Of a DNA stretch of 64,000 nt, positions 38,101-53,100 are shown one piece after another; position 1 is the first letter of the stretch, and each line of letters begins with the position of its first letter. Under the pieces are notes generated by a model. It had not been told where the DNA came from and did not search any database. It worked only from the letters and a program-made list of their open reading frames with translations. Location: positions 25,234,001 to 25,298,000 of the forward strand of contig CM075985.1 in NCBI GenBank assembly GCA_038087875.1, in the 5' to 3' direction. This DNA is from Malacoraja senta (Eukaryota). The position numbers were made by a program, and so were the translations under genes.

Positions 38101-41100
38101 CGGAATAGTGGAAGAGGCGAAGGGAAGAGACCTTTTCTATAAAAGTGAAATCCTTATCCATGTCTACTGAAAGGTGCCAGACTCAATTCACTTTTTAAAT
38201 TATTATTGCAGGCAATCAGCACCAAAAGGCCTCCTTAATTCGGTAGTTGTTTCTATATTTTCTTGGTGAGAAACTACATTTTTGGAATAAAGCAATGAAC
38301 AAATATTCCTGAAGAGGGTGCTATATAGAGCTTCACTAAACAAAGCACAGTCCTAAAGGAAAAGCTAACAAGATTGATAGATGATGTTACTAACCTGATG
38401 TAATGCTGGTGGTGGTCTCTGTTGTTGGTGTCGTTTCCAGTGAAAAAAAAGAATGCTGTATTCAAGTGGGGCAGCCAAGAGGAATTGGTACGCAGTTATA
38501 AAGCCATCAACAGGAATTCATGAGCTGGCATATTTTATGAAAACGTTTTACTAGTTGTCACTTTCTTCATCAGTCAATAAAGCATGCGGCCATACTATAT
38601 GGTGCATTGATTTTTCCTCGTCTTTCAGAAATTGCAGCTGATCAGGCATTTAGTAAGATTGAGTTGGCACAGATGTGCAGCTGGTAGAGCTGCAGCCTCA
38701 TAGTGTTAGAGATTTGTATTCTATCCTGACCTCGGTTGCTGTCTATGCTGGGATTGCACGTTCTCCTTTTCACTGCCTGTGATCCCCCAAGTTTTTAACA
38801 GAGGATGATACTGACCTGATGTTGTGGTGGTCCCAGATGTTGATGTAGTTGTTTCTAGTGAAACACAAACAAATGTTATGTTCCACTGAGACAAACAAGA
38901 GGAATTGTTATGCAGTTTAGAATCCTTCAACAGGAATTTATCAACTGGCACCTTTTAATAAAACATTTTACACTTGATATTTCCTTATCAGTGAATAAAG
39001 CGTGCGGCCATACAATGCGGCTGCATTACTTTTTCCTTGTCAATCAGCAGCTGAATATGTCAGGGCCATCACAAACTATTTCAATTTCTTAATGTACCAA
39101 CTTCAGATTTTGTGGAAGCTCAGCAAGTATTCCAAGAACTACTGATCAGAAATTTAGAAAATAAGGAGCGGTAAAGTGCCACAGCTGGTGCAACTCCTAC
39201 CTCACAGCACCAGAGACTTCAGATTGATTTGTTCCATGGGTGTTGTGTGCATGGAGATTAAATGTACTCCTGTTATGTGTGCCTTTCCTATAAGTGTCAG
39301 AAATATATTGTCACTAACCTGGTGTAGTACTGGTAGTGGTCTCAGTTGATGATGTAGTTGTTGGTGTTTCTAGTTAAAGAAAATAATGCAATATTCAACC
39401 AAGACAGCCAAGAGGAATTGGTATACAGCTAACTATTGGTAGTCAGGAAACCATCAGCAGGAATTCATATGCTGGCACACTGTATTAAAATGTTTAACAG
39501 AAGGCATTTTTGTTCTTCATAGAATAAAATTGTAGGGCAAAACATACTTTTGATCAATCAGCAGCTGAATATTTCTGTGCCATCACAAATAATCCTGTGC
39601 TATCTATACACCAGTTGCGGATTTCCTGGAAGATCAACCGTCTTCCAAAGACCGCAAGGTCTACTTAATACCATAATTTCTAATAGTATGGAATGTGTGT
39701 ACTATGGGTAAGCATGTCTGTTCATATGTCCCATTGATACATGATTCTCAACTTGCATAAAATGTGTTCATATTAATCATGGTTTTGTTTTTTGCTACGG
39801 AATGTCCGAAGAAATAGAGAAGCAGAAAACACCAACACATATCCTCCACAAATCTGAACTATTTTGAAATTGTGTCATAATTTGGTCCAATTGTTATGAG
39901 TCAAACATTGACATCTTAACGTGTATATTTGCACAATTTATGCCAATAATGTCAGCAAAGATGCAAGAAGTAAGTCACAGAGCTGATGTTAGAAATGTTG
40001 TTTCATTGTCTTTGATTTGTCAATGTTTATGGAAAGTGGTTTGACTCACCTGTTGTGGAACTGGAGGTGGACTCAGTTGTACCAGTTGTCAAAGATGTTG
40101 TTGGTGTTGTTCCTTGAGAGCAAATAGAAAAGCATTTACAAATTGAATTGCAAGAGTCACCAATCAATTTCAGTACGATACTGCACATTTTCCTGAGACT
40201 GGGCTGAATTTTAACAATGTTCATTGTTCGTGCCTAAGCAAAGGACATTTAGAAGTTAACCAAATTTTGCTTCGTCAGTTATCAAGGACCGAAATTATGA
40301 AAAGACATTGTGATTTTTCAAAGAAAGTTCTGAACTCCTTTATTGATCCATTTTGGAATAATCATTGAGCAGAAACAAAACTGTTTAACAGCGTTGCCAT
40401 GACCAAAAAATCCCGGAAAAGTGGAAGAGGCGAAGGGAAGAGACATTTTCTATAAAAGTGAAAATCCTTATCCATGTCAACTGAAAAGTGCCAGCCTCAA
40501 TGCTCTTTTTTAAATTATTTAGGCAACCAGCACCAAAAGGCCACCTTAATATGGTAGAGGCTTCTATATTTTCGTGGTGAGAAACTACATTTTTTTAATA
40601 AAGCAATGAACAAATATTCCTGAAGAGGGTGCTGTGTAGAACTTCACTAAACAAAGCACAGTCCTAAAGGAAAAGCTAACAAGATTGATAGATGATGTTA
40701 CTAACCTGATGTAGTGCTGGTGGTGGTCTCAGTTGTTGGTGTCGTTTCTAGTGAAAAAAAAGAATGCTGTATTCAAGTGGGGCAGCCAAGAGGAATTGGT
40801 ACGCAGTTATAAAGCCATCAACAGCAATTCATGAGCTGGCACATTTTATGAAAGTGTTTTAATATGTAGATTGGTTACTTCTTAATAATATATGCAAAGA
40901 TAAACTGCTCAGCAACAACAGACTGTGTCCCCCGCGGCCTCTCCACGGCGTTCAGCGCCCAGCTCGCCTATTTCACCACCTCAACTCGGTGGGTCTCCTG
41001 TGATGGCCTCGGTCACTTCCCCGGTCACTTCCCTGTCATTTCACCATTGAATTGAATAAAGCATGTGGCCATACTATACGGCTGCATTACTTTTTCCTTG

Positions 41101-44100
41101 TCAATCAGCAGCTGAATATTTCAGGGCCATCATAAACAATTTCAATTTCTTAATGTACCAACTTCAGATTTTGTGGAAGCTCAGCAAGTATTCTAAGAAC
41201 TACTGATCAGAAATTTAGAACATAAGGAGCGGTAAAGTGCCACAGCTGGTGCAACTCCTACCTCACAGCACCAGAGAATTCAGATTGATTTGTTCCACAG
41301 GTGTTGTGTGCATGGAGATTACATGTACTCCTGTTGTGTGTGCCTTTCCTACAAGTGCCTGAAATATATTGTCACTAACCTGATGTAGTACTGGTTGTGG
41401 TCTCAGTTGTTGATGTAGTTGTTGGTGTTTCTACTGAAAGAAAATAATGCAATATTCAACCAAGGCAGCCAAGAGGAATTGGTATACACCTAACCATTGG
41501 TAGTCAGGAAACCATCAGCAGGAATTCATATGCTGGCACACTTTATTAACATGTTTAACAGATGGCATTTTTGTTCTTCGTAGAATAAAATGGCAGGCCA
41601 AATTATATCTGATCAATCAGCAGCTGAATATTTCTGTGCCATCACAAATAAACCTGTTCTCTCTATATACCAGTTGCAGATTTCCTGGAAGATCAACCGT
41701 CTTCCAAATACCGCAAGGTCTACTTAATACCATATTTTCTAATACCATTATTCGTTGATCCATTTTTGAAAAATCTTTGAGCTGAAACAAAACTGTTTAA
41801 CAGCGTTGCCATGACCAAAAACTCCTGGAATAGTGGAAGAGGCGAAGGGAAGAGACCTTTTCTATAAAAGTGAAAATCCTTATCCATATCTACTGTAAGG
41901 TGCCAGACTCAATTCACTTTTTAAATTATTATTGCAGGCAATCAGCACCAAAAGGCCTCCTTAATTCGGTAGTTGTTTCTATATTTTCTTGGTGAGAAAC
42001 TACATTTTTGGAATAAAGCAATGAACAAATATTCCTGAAGAGGGTGCTATATAGAGCTTCACTAAACAAAGCACAGTCCTAAAGGAAAAGCTAACAAGAT
42101 TGATAGATGATGTTACTAACCTGATGTAATGCTGGTGGTGGTCTCTGTTGTTGGTGTCGTTTCTAGTGAAAAAAAAGAATGCTGTATTCAAGTGGGGCAG
42201 CCAAGAGGAATTGGTACGCAGTTATAAAGCCATCAACAGGAATTCATGAGCTGGCATATTTTATGAAAACGTTTTACTAGTTGTCATACTATATGACTGC
42301 ATTGATTTTTCCTCGTCTTTCAGAAATTGCAGCTGATCAGGCATTTAGTAAGATTGAGTTGGCACAGATGTGCAGCTGGTAGAGCTGCAGCCTCATAGTG
42401 TTAGAGATTAGTATTCTATCCTGACCTCGGTTGCTGTCTATGCTGGGATTGCACGTTCTCCTTTTCACTGCCTGTGATCCCCCAAGTTTTTAACAGAGGA
42501 TGATACTGACCTGATGTTGTGGTGGTCCCAGATGTTGATGTAGTTGTTTCTAGTGAAATAAAAAAATGTTATGTTCCACTGAGACAAACAAGAGGAATTG
42601 TTATGCAGTTTAGAATCCTTCAACAGGAATTTATCAACTGGCACCTTTTAATAAAACATTTTACACTTGATATTTCCTTATCAGTGAATAAAGCGTGCGG
42701 CCATACAATGCGGCTACATTAATTTTTCCTTGTCAATCAGCAGCTGAATATGTCAGGGCCATCACAAACAATTTCAATTTCTTAATGTACCAACTTCAGA
42801 TTTTGTGGAAGCTCAGCAAGTATTCCAAGAACTACTGATCAGAAATTTAGAACATAAGGAGCGGTAAAGTGCCACAGCTGGTGCAACTCCTACCTCACAG
42901 CACCAGAGACTTCAGATTGATTTGTCCCGTGGGTGTTGTGTTCATGGAGATTACATGTACTCCCTGTTAGGTGTCCCTTTCCTACAAGTGTCTTAAATAT
43001 ATTGTCACTAACCTGATGTAGTACTGGTAGTGGTCTCAGTTGTTGATGTAGTTGTTGGTGTTTCTAGTGAAAGAAAATAATGCAATATTCAACCAAGGCA
43101 GCCAAGAGGAATTGGTATACAGCTAACTATTGGTAGTCAGGAAACCATCAGTAGGAATTCATATGCTGGCACACTTTATTAAAATGTTTAACAGATGGCA
43201 TTTTTGTTCTTCATAGAATAAAATTGTAGGGCAAAATATACTTTTGATCAATCAGCAGCTGAATATTTCTGTGCCATCACAAATAATCCTGTGCTATCTA
43301 TACACCAGTTGCGGACTTCCTGGAAGATCAACCGTCTTCCAAAGACCGCAAGGTCTACTTAATACCATAATTTCTAATAGTATGGAATGTGTGTACTATG
43401 GGTAAGCATGTCTGTTCATATGTCCCATTGATACATGATTCTCAACTTGCATAAAATGTGTTCATATTAATCATGGTTTTGTTTTTTGCTACGGAATGTC
43501 CGAAGAAATAGAGAAGCAGAAAACACCAACACATATCCTCCACAAATCTGAACTATTTTGAAATTGTGTCATAATTTGGTACAATTGTTATGAGCCAAAC
43601 ATTGACATCTTAACGTGTATATTTGCACAATTTATGCCAATAATGTCAGCAAAGATGCAAGAAGTAAGTCACAGAGCTGATGTTAGAAATGTTGTTTCAT
43701 TGTCTTTGATTTGCCAATGTTTATGGAAAGTGGTTTGACTCACCTGTTGTGGAACTGGAGGTGGACTCAGTTGTACCAGTTGTCAAAGATGTTGTTGGTG
43801 TTGTTCCTTGAGAGCAAATAGAAAAGCATTTACAAATTGAATTGCAAGAGTCACCAATCAATTTCAGTACGATACTGCACATTTTCCTGAGACTGGGCTG
43901 AATTTTAACAATGTTCATTGTTCGTGCCTAAGCAAAGGACATTTAGAAGTTAACCAAATTTTGCTTCGTCATTTATCAAGGACCGAAATTATGAAAAGAC
44001 ATTGTGATTTTTCAAAGAAAGTTCTGAACTCCTTTATTGATCCATTTTGGAAAAATCATTGAGCAGAAACAAAACTGTTTAACAGCGTTGCCATGACCAA

Positions 44101-47100
44101 AAACTCCCGGAATAGTGGAAGAGGCGAAGGGAAGAGACCTTTTCTATAAAAGTGAAAATCCTTATCCATGTCAACTGAAAAGTGCCAGCCTCAATGCTCT
44201 TTTTAAAATTATTTAGGCAACCAGCACCAAAACGCCACTTTAATATGGTAGAGGCTTCTATATTTTCGTGGTGAGAAACTACATTTTTTTAATAATGGAA
44301 TGAACAAATATTCCTGAAGAGGGTGCTGTGTAGAACTTCACTAAACAAAGCACAGTCCCAAAGGAAAAGCTAACAAGATTGATAGATGATGTTACTAACC
44401 TGATGTAGTGCTGTTGGTGGTCTCAGTTGTTGGTGTCGTTTCTAGTGAAAGAAAGAATGCTGTATTCAAGTGGAGCAGCCAAGAGGAATTGGTACACAGT
44501 TATAAAGCCATCAACAGCAATTCATGAGCTGGCACATTTTATGAAAGTGTTTTAATATGTAGATTTGTTACTTCTTCAGAATATATGCAAAGATAAACTG
44601 CTCAGCAACAACAGACTGTGTCCCCCGCGGCCTCTCCACGGCGTTCAGCGCCCAGCTCGCCTATTTCACCACCTCAACTCGGTGGATCTTCGGTGATGGC
44701 CCCGGTCACTTCCCCGGTCACTTCCCCGTCATTTCACCAGTGAATTGAATAAAGCATGCAGCCATACTATACGGCTGCATTACTTTTTCCTTGTCAATCA
44801 GCAGCTGAATATTTCAGGGCCATCATAAACAATTTCAATTTCTTAATGTACCAACTTCAGATTTTGTGGAAGCTCAGCAAGTATTCTAAGAACTACTGAT
44901 CAGAAATTTAGAACATAAGGAGCGGTAAAGTGCCACAGCTGGTGCAACTCCTACCTCACAGCACCAGAGAAGTCAGATTGATTTGTTCCACAGGTGTTGT
45001 ATGCATGGAGATTTCATGTACTCCTGTTGTGTGTGCCTTTCCTACAAGTGTCAGAAATATATTGTCACTAACCTGATGTAGTACTGGTTGTGGTCTCAGT
45101 TGTTGATGTAGTTGTTGGTGTTTCTACTGAAAGAAAATAATGCAATATTCAACCAAGGCAGTCAAGAGGAATTGGTATACACCTAACCATTGGTAGTCAG
45201 GAAACCATCAGCAGGAATTCATATGCTGGCACACTTTATTAAAATGTTTAACAGATGGCATTTTTGTTCTTCGTAGAATAAAATGGCAGGCCAAATTATA
45301 TCTGATCAATCAGCAGCTGAATATTTCTGTGCCATCACAAATAAACCTGTTCTCTCTATATACCAGTTGCAGATTTCCTGGAAGATCAACCGTCTTCCAA
45401 ATACCGCAAGGTCTACTTAATACCATATTTTCTAATACCATTATTCGTTGATCCATTTTTGAAAAATCTTTGAGCTGAAACAAAACTGTTTAACAGCGTT
45501 GCCATGACCAAAAACTCCCGGAATAGTGGATGAGGCGAAGGGAAGAGACCTTTTCTATAAAAGTGAAAATCCTTATCCATATCACTGTAAGGTGCCAGAC
45601 TCAATTCACTTTTTAAATTATTATTGCAGGCAATCAGCACCAAAAGGCCTCCTTAATTCGGTAGTTGTTTCTATATTTTCTTGGTGAGAAACTACATTTT
45701 TGGAATAAAGCAATGAACAAATAGTCCTGAAGAGGGTGCTATATAGAGCTTCACTAAACAAAGCACAGTCCTAAAGGAAAAGCTAACAAGATTGCTGGAT
45801 GATGTTACTAACCTGATGTAATGCTGGTGGTGGTCTCTGTTGTTGGTGTCGTTTCTAGTGAGAAAAAAGAATGCTGTATTCAAGTGGGGCAGCCAAGAGG
45901 AATTGGTACGCAGTTATGAAGCCATCAACAGGAATTCATGAGCTGGCATATTTTATGAAAACGTTTTACTAGTTGTCACTTTCTTCATCAGTCAATAAAG
46001 CATGCGGCCATACTATATGGCTGCATTGATTTTTCCTCGTCTTTCAGAAATTGCAGCTGATCAGGCATTTAGTAAGATTGAGTTGGCACAGATGTGCAGC
46101 TGGTAGAGCTGCAGCCTCATAGTGTTCGAGATTAGTATTCTATCCTGACCTTGGTTGCTGTCTATGCTGGGATTGCACGTTCTCCTTTTCACTGCCTGTG
46201 ATCCCCCAAGTTTTTAACAGAGGATGATACTGACCTGATGTTGTGGTGGTCCCAGATGTTGATGTAGTTGTTTCTAGTGAAATAAAAAAAATGTTATGTT
46301 CCACTGAGACAAACAAGAGGAATTGTTATGCAGTTTAGAATCCTTCAACAGGAATTTATCAACTGGCACCTTATAATAAAACATTTTACACTTGATATTT
46401 CCTTATCAGTGAATAAAGCGTGCAGCCATACAATGCGGCTGCATTACTACTTCCTTGTCAATCAGCAGCTGAATATGTCAGGGCCATCACAAACAATTTC
46501 AATTTCTTAATGTACCAACTTCAGATTTTGTGGAAGCTCAGCAAGTATTCCAAGAACTACTGATCAGACATTTAGAACATAAGGAGCGGTAAAGTGCCAC
46601 AGCTGGTGCAACTCCTACCTCACAGCACCAGAGACTTCAGATTGATTTGTTCCATGGGTGTTGTATGCGTGGAGATTACATGTACTCCCTGTTATGTGTG
46701 CCTTTCCTACAAGTGTCAGAAATATATTGTCACTAACCTGATGTAGTACTGGTTGTGGTCTCAGTTGATGATGTAGTTGTTGGTGTTTCTAGTGAAAGAA
46801 AATAATGCAATATTCAACCAAGACAGCCAAGAGGAATTGGTACACAGCTAACTATTGGTAGTCAGGAAACCATCAGCAGGAATTCATATGCTGGCACACT
46901 TCATTAAAATGTTTAACAGATGGTATTTTTGTTCTTCATAGAATAAAATTGTAGGGCAAAACATACTTTTGATCAATCAGCAGCTGAATATTTCTTTGCC
47001 ATCACAAATAATCCTGTGCTATCTATACACCAGTTGCGGATTTCCTGGAAGATCAACCGTCTTCCAAAGACCGCAAGGTCTACTTAATACCATAATTTCT

Positions 47101-50100
47101 AATAGTATGGAATGTGTGTACTATGGGTAAGCATGTCTGTTCATATGTCCCATTGATACATGATTCTCAACTTGCATAAAATGTGTTCATATTAATCATG
47201 CTTTTGTTTTTTGCTATGGAATGTCCGAAGAAATAGAGAAGCAGAAAACACCAACACATATCCTCCACAAATCTGAACTATTTTGAAATTGTGTCATAAT
47301 TTGGTACAATTGTTATGAGCCAAACATTGACATTAACGTGTATATTTGCACAATTTATGCCAATAATGTAAGCAAAGATGCAAGAAGTAAGTCACAGAGC
47401 TGATGTTAGAAATGTTGTTTCATTGTCTTTAATTTGCCAATGTTTATGGAAAGTGGTTTGACTCACCTGTTGTGGAACTGGAGGTGGACTCAGTTGTACC
47501 AGTTGTCAAAGATGTTGTTGGTGTTGTTCCTTGAGAGCAAATAGAAAAGCATTTACAAATTGAATTGCAAGAGTCACCAATCAATTTCAGTACGATACTG
47601 CACATTTTCCTGAGACTGGGCTGAATTTTAACAATGTTCATTGTTCGTGCCTAAGCAAAGGTCATTTAGAAGTTAACCAAAATTTGCTTCGTCATTTATC
47701 AAGGACCGAAATTATGAAAAGACATTGTGATTTTTCAAAGAAAGTTCTGAACTCCTTTATTGATCCATTTTGGAAAAATCATTGAGCAGAAACAAAACTG
47801 TTTAACAGCGTTGCCATGACCAAAAACTCCCGGAATAGTGGAAGAGGCGAAGGGAAGAGACCTTTTCTATAAAAGTGAAAATCCTTATCCATGTCAACTG
47901 AAAAGTGCCAGCCTCAATGCTCTTTTTTAAATTATTTAGGCAACCAGCACCAAAAGGCCACCTTAATATGGTAGAGGCTTCTATATTTTCGTGGTGAGAA
48001 ACTACATTTTTTTAATAAAGGAATGAACAAATATTCCTGAAGAGGGTGCTGTGTAGAACTTCACTAAACAAAGCACAGTCCTAAAGGAAAAGCTAACAAG
48101 ATTGATAGATGATGTTACTAACCTGATGTAGTGCTGGTGGTGGTCTCAGTTGTTGGTGTCGTTTCTAGTGAAAGAAAGAATGCTGTATTCAAGTGGAGCA
48201 GCCAAGAGGAATTGGTACACAGTTATAAAGCCATCAACAGCAATTCATGAACTGGCACATTTTATGAAAGTGTTTTAATATGTAGATTGGTTACTTCTTA
48301 AGAATATATGCAAAGATAAACTGCTCAGCAACAACAGACTGTGTCCCCCGCGGCCTCTCCACGGCGTTCAGCGCCCAGCTCGCCTATTTCACCACCTCAA
48401 CTCGGTGGGTCTCCGGTGATGGCCCCGGTCACTTCCCCGGTCACTTCCCCGTCATTTCACCAGTGAATTGAATAAAGCATGCTGTAGTGCGTGGGTCTCG
48501 GAATTAAGCACGAAGTCGTGTTTTGAGAAGCACTTTTTATTAATATCCTCCCAGTTCTAGGGAAGACCAAACGAGAGGAAGATGGCACCCAAAACCCCTG
48601 CCTTTAAAGCCTCCGGCTAAGGGCCGCCTCCGGACTGAACCTCTCCTGTGCCGAGGGGTTCGACACTATGATGGCACGACCCTTGGGAGCCGCCACAGAA
48701 CCCCCCCCCAAGAACCAGAGGCACGAAACGCACCGGCGGGCGAACGACCCGGCCGGCCCGCGTGCGGAAGTTAGCCGCTAGTGGGGCTTGCGGAGGTATA
48801 GGTGGAGGGACAGGACGAGGGACCGGCGGTAGGACAGGTGGAGTGACAGGCGGAGGGAGCCGTGAAGGGGGGCGCCCTCGAGGCCGAGGTTGGGCAACCA
48901 GCACCGGCTGGTCAATGTCCAGGTGTGCCGGCTTCAAACGGTCAATCGACACTGCCTCCGGCCGGCCCCCCATGTCCAGGACAAAAGTCGACTGCCCGTG
49001 TTCCAGCACTCGGAACGGGCCCTCGTACGGCCTCTGGAGTGGCGTCCGGTGGGCATCACGGCGCAGGAAGATGTACGGGCAGTCCCTGAGGGCTGATGGC
49101 ACGTGTGGGTGAAATGTCCCATGGCGGGACGTCGGGACGGGTGCGAGCCTGCCAACTTGCTCGCGAAGGCGCTTTAGGGTGGATGAGGGCGTTCCCTGCT
49201 GCCCCGGCGCCGACGGCACGAACTCCCCGGGCACCGTGAGTGGCGACCCGTAAACGAGCTCCGCCGATGATGAGGCCAAGTCCTCTTTGGGAGCGGTCCG
49301 GATGCCCAGCATCACCCACGGCAACTCGTCCATCCAGTCTGGGCCGGAGAGTCGTGCCTTCAGTGCTGCCTTCAGCTGCCGGTGGAATCTCTCCACCAGA
49401 CCGTTAGCTTGCGGGTGGTAAGCCGTGGTGTGGTGTAGCCGCACCCCCAGCAAGTGAGCCATGGCTGACCACAGCTCGGAGGTGAACTGTGGCCCCCGGT
49501 CTGAGGAGATGTGCGCTGGCACCCCGAAGCGAGCAATCCAATGCGCGGACAACGCACGAGCACACGTAACCGTTGAAGTATCAGTCAACGGAATGGCCTC
49601 CGGCCACCGCGTGAAGCGGTCCACCATTGTCAGAAGGTGGGTGATGCCCCGGGATGGCGGGAGAGTGCCTACAATGTCTATGTGGAGATGGTCGAACCGC
49701 CGGTGAGGTAGACCAAACTCCTGGAGAGGCGCACGGACATGGCGCTGGATCTTTGCCGTCTGGCACGGAATGCAGGTGCGAGCCCAATGGCCAACCTGCT
49801 TGCGCAGACCGTGCCACATGAAACGAGCGGCCACTAGTGCCGTTGTCACCCGGATTGATGGGTGAGACAGTCCGTGGATCACCTCGAACACCCTCCGGCG
49901 CCAGGTGGCAGGGACGATGGGGCGCGGCTGACCGGACGCCATACAATGCGGCTGCATTACTTTTTCCTTGTCAATCAGCAGCTGAATATTTCAGGGCCAT
50001 CATAAACAATTTCAATTTCTTAATGTACCAACTTCAGATTTTGTGGAAGCTCAGCAAGTATTCTAAGAACTACTGATCAGAAATTTAGAACATAAGGAGC

Positions 50101-53100
50101 GGTAAAGTGCCACAGCTGGTGCAACTCCTACCTCACAGCACCAGAGAATTCAGATTGATTTGTTCCACAGGTGTTGTGTGCATGGAGATTACATGTACTC
50201 CTGTTGTGTGTGCCTTTCCTACAAGTGTCAGAAATATATTGTCACTAACCTGATGTAGTACTGGTAGTGGTCTCAGTTGTTGATGTAGTTGTTGGTGTTT
50301 CTACTGAAAGAAAAGAATGCAATATTCAACCAAGGCAGCCAAGAGGAATTGGTATACACCTAACTATTGGTAGTCAGGAAACCATCAGCAGGAATTCATA
50401 TGCTGGCACACTTTATTAAAATGTTTAACAGATGGCATTTTTGTTCTTCGTAGAATAAAATGGCAGGCCAAATTATATCTGATCAATCAGCAGCTGAATA
50501 TTTCTGTGCCATCACAAATAAACCTGTTCTCTCCATATACCAGTTGCAGATTTCCTGGAAGATCAACCGTCTTCCAAATACCGCAAGGTCTACTTAATAC
50601 CATATTTTCTAATACCATTATTCGTTGATCCATTTTTGAAAAATCTTTGAGCTGAAACAAAACTGTTTAACAGCGTTGGCATGACCAAAAACTCCCGGAA
50701 TAGTGGAAGAGGCGAAGGGAAGAGACCTTTTCTATAAAAGTGAAAATCCTTATCCATATCTACTGTAAGGTGCCAGACTCAATTCACTTTTTAAATTATT
50801 ATTGCAGGCAATCAGCACCAAAAGGCCTCCTTAATTCGATAGTTGTTTCTATATTTTCTTGGTGAGAAACTACATTTTTGGAATAAAGCAATGAACAAAT
50901 ATTCCTGAAGAGGGTGCTATATAGAGCTTCACTAAACAAAGCACAGTCCTAAAGGAAAAGCTAACAAGATTGATAGATGATGTTACTAACCTGATGTAAT
51001 GCTGGTGGTGGTCTCTGTTGTTGGTGTCGTTTCTAGTGAAAAAAAAGAATGCTGTATTCAAGTGGGGCAGCCAAGAGGAATTGGTACGCAGTTATAAAGC
51101 CATCAACAGGAATTCATGAGCTGGCATATTTTATGAAAACGTTTTACTAGTTGTCACTTTCTTCATCAGTCAATAAAGCATGCGGCCATACTATATGGCT
51201 GCATTGATTTTTCCTCGTCTTTCAGAAATTGCAGCTGATCAGGCATTTAGTAAGATTGAGTTGGCACAGATGTGCAGCTGGTAGAGCTGCAGCCTCATAG
51301 TGTTAGAGATTTGTATTCTATCCTGACCTCGGTTGCTGTCTATGCTGGGATTGCACGTTCTCCTTTTCACTGCCTGTGATGCCCCAAGTTTTTAACAGAG
51401 GAATATACTGACCTGATGTTGTGGTGGTCCCAGATGTTGATGTAGTTGTTTCTAGTGAAATAAAAAAATGTTATGTTCCACTGAGACAAACAAGAGGAAT
51501 TGTTATGCAGTTTAGAATCCTTCAACAGGAATTTATCAACTGGCACCTTTTAATAAAACATTTATACACTTGATATTTCCTTATCAGTGAATAAAGCGTG
51601 CGGCCATACAATGCGGCTGCATTACTTTTTCCTTGTCAATCAGCAGCTGAATATGTCAGGGCCATCACAAACAATTTCAATTTCTTAATGTACCAACTTC
51701 AGATTTTGTGGAAGCTCAGCAAATATTCCAAGAACTACTGATCAGAAATTTAGAACATAAGCAGCGGTAAAGTGCCACAGCTGGTGCAACACCTACGTCA
51801 CAGCACCAGAGACTTCAGATTGATTTGTTCCATGGGTGTTGTGTGCATGGAGATTACATGTACTCCCTGTTATGTGTGTATTTCCTACAAGTGTCCGAAA
51901 TATATTGTCACTAACCTGATGTAGTACTGGTCGTGGTCTCAGTTGATGATGTAGTTGTTGGTGTTTCTAGTGAAAGAAAATAATGCAATATTCAACCAAG
52001 ACAGCCAAGAGGAATTGGTATACAGCTAACTATTGGTAGTCAGGAAACCATCAGCAGGAATTCTATGCTGGCACACTTTATTAAAATATTTAACAGATGG
52101 CATTTTTGGTCTTCATAGAATAAAATTGTTGGGCAAAACATACTTTTGATCAATCAGCAGCTGAATATTTCTGTGCCATCACAAATAATCCTGTGCTATC
52201 TATGCACCTGTTGCGGATTTCCTGGAAGATCAATCGTCTTCCAAAGACCGCAAGGTCTACTTAATACCATAATTTCTAATAGTATGGAATGTGTGTACTA
52301 TGGGTAAGCATGTCTGTTCATATGTCCCATTGATACATGATTCTCAACTTGCATAAAATGTGTTCATATTAATCATGGTTTTGTTTTTTGCTACGGAATG
52401 TCCGAAGAAATAGAGAAGCAGAAAACACCAACACATATCCTCCACAAATCTGAACTATTTTGAAATTGTGTCATAATTTGGTACAATTGTTATGAGCCAA
52501 ACATTGACATCTTAACGTGTATATTTGCACAATTTATGCCAATAATGTAAGCAAAGATGCAAGAAGTAAGTCACAGAGCTGATGTTAGAAATGTTGTTTC
52601 ATTGTCTTTGATTTGCCAATGTTTATGGAAAGTGGTTTGACTCACCTGTTGTGGAACTGGAGGTGGACTCAGTTGTACCAGTTGTCAAAGATGTTGTTGG
52701 TGTTGTTCCTTGAGAGCAAATAGAAAAGCATTTACAAATTGAATTGCAAGAGTCACCAATCAATTTTAGTACGATACTGCACATTTTCCTGAGACTGGGC
52801 TGAATTTTAACAATGTTCATTGTTCGTGCCTAAGCAAAGGACATTTAGAAGTTAACCAAATTTTGCTTCGTCATTTATCAAGGACCGAAATGATGAAAAG
52901 ACATTGTGATTTTTCAAAGAAAGTTCTGAACTCCTTTATTGATCCATTTTGGAAAAATCATTGAGCAGAAACAAAACTGTTTAACAGCGTTGCCATGACC
53001 AAAAACTCCCGGAATAGTGGAAGAGGCAAAGGGAAGAGACCTTTTCTATAAAAGTGAAAATCCTTATCCATGTCAACTGAAAAGTGCCAGCCTCAATGCT

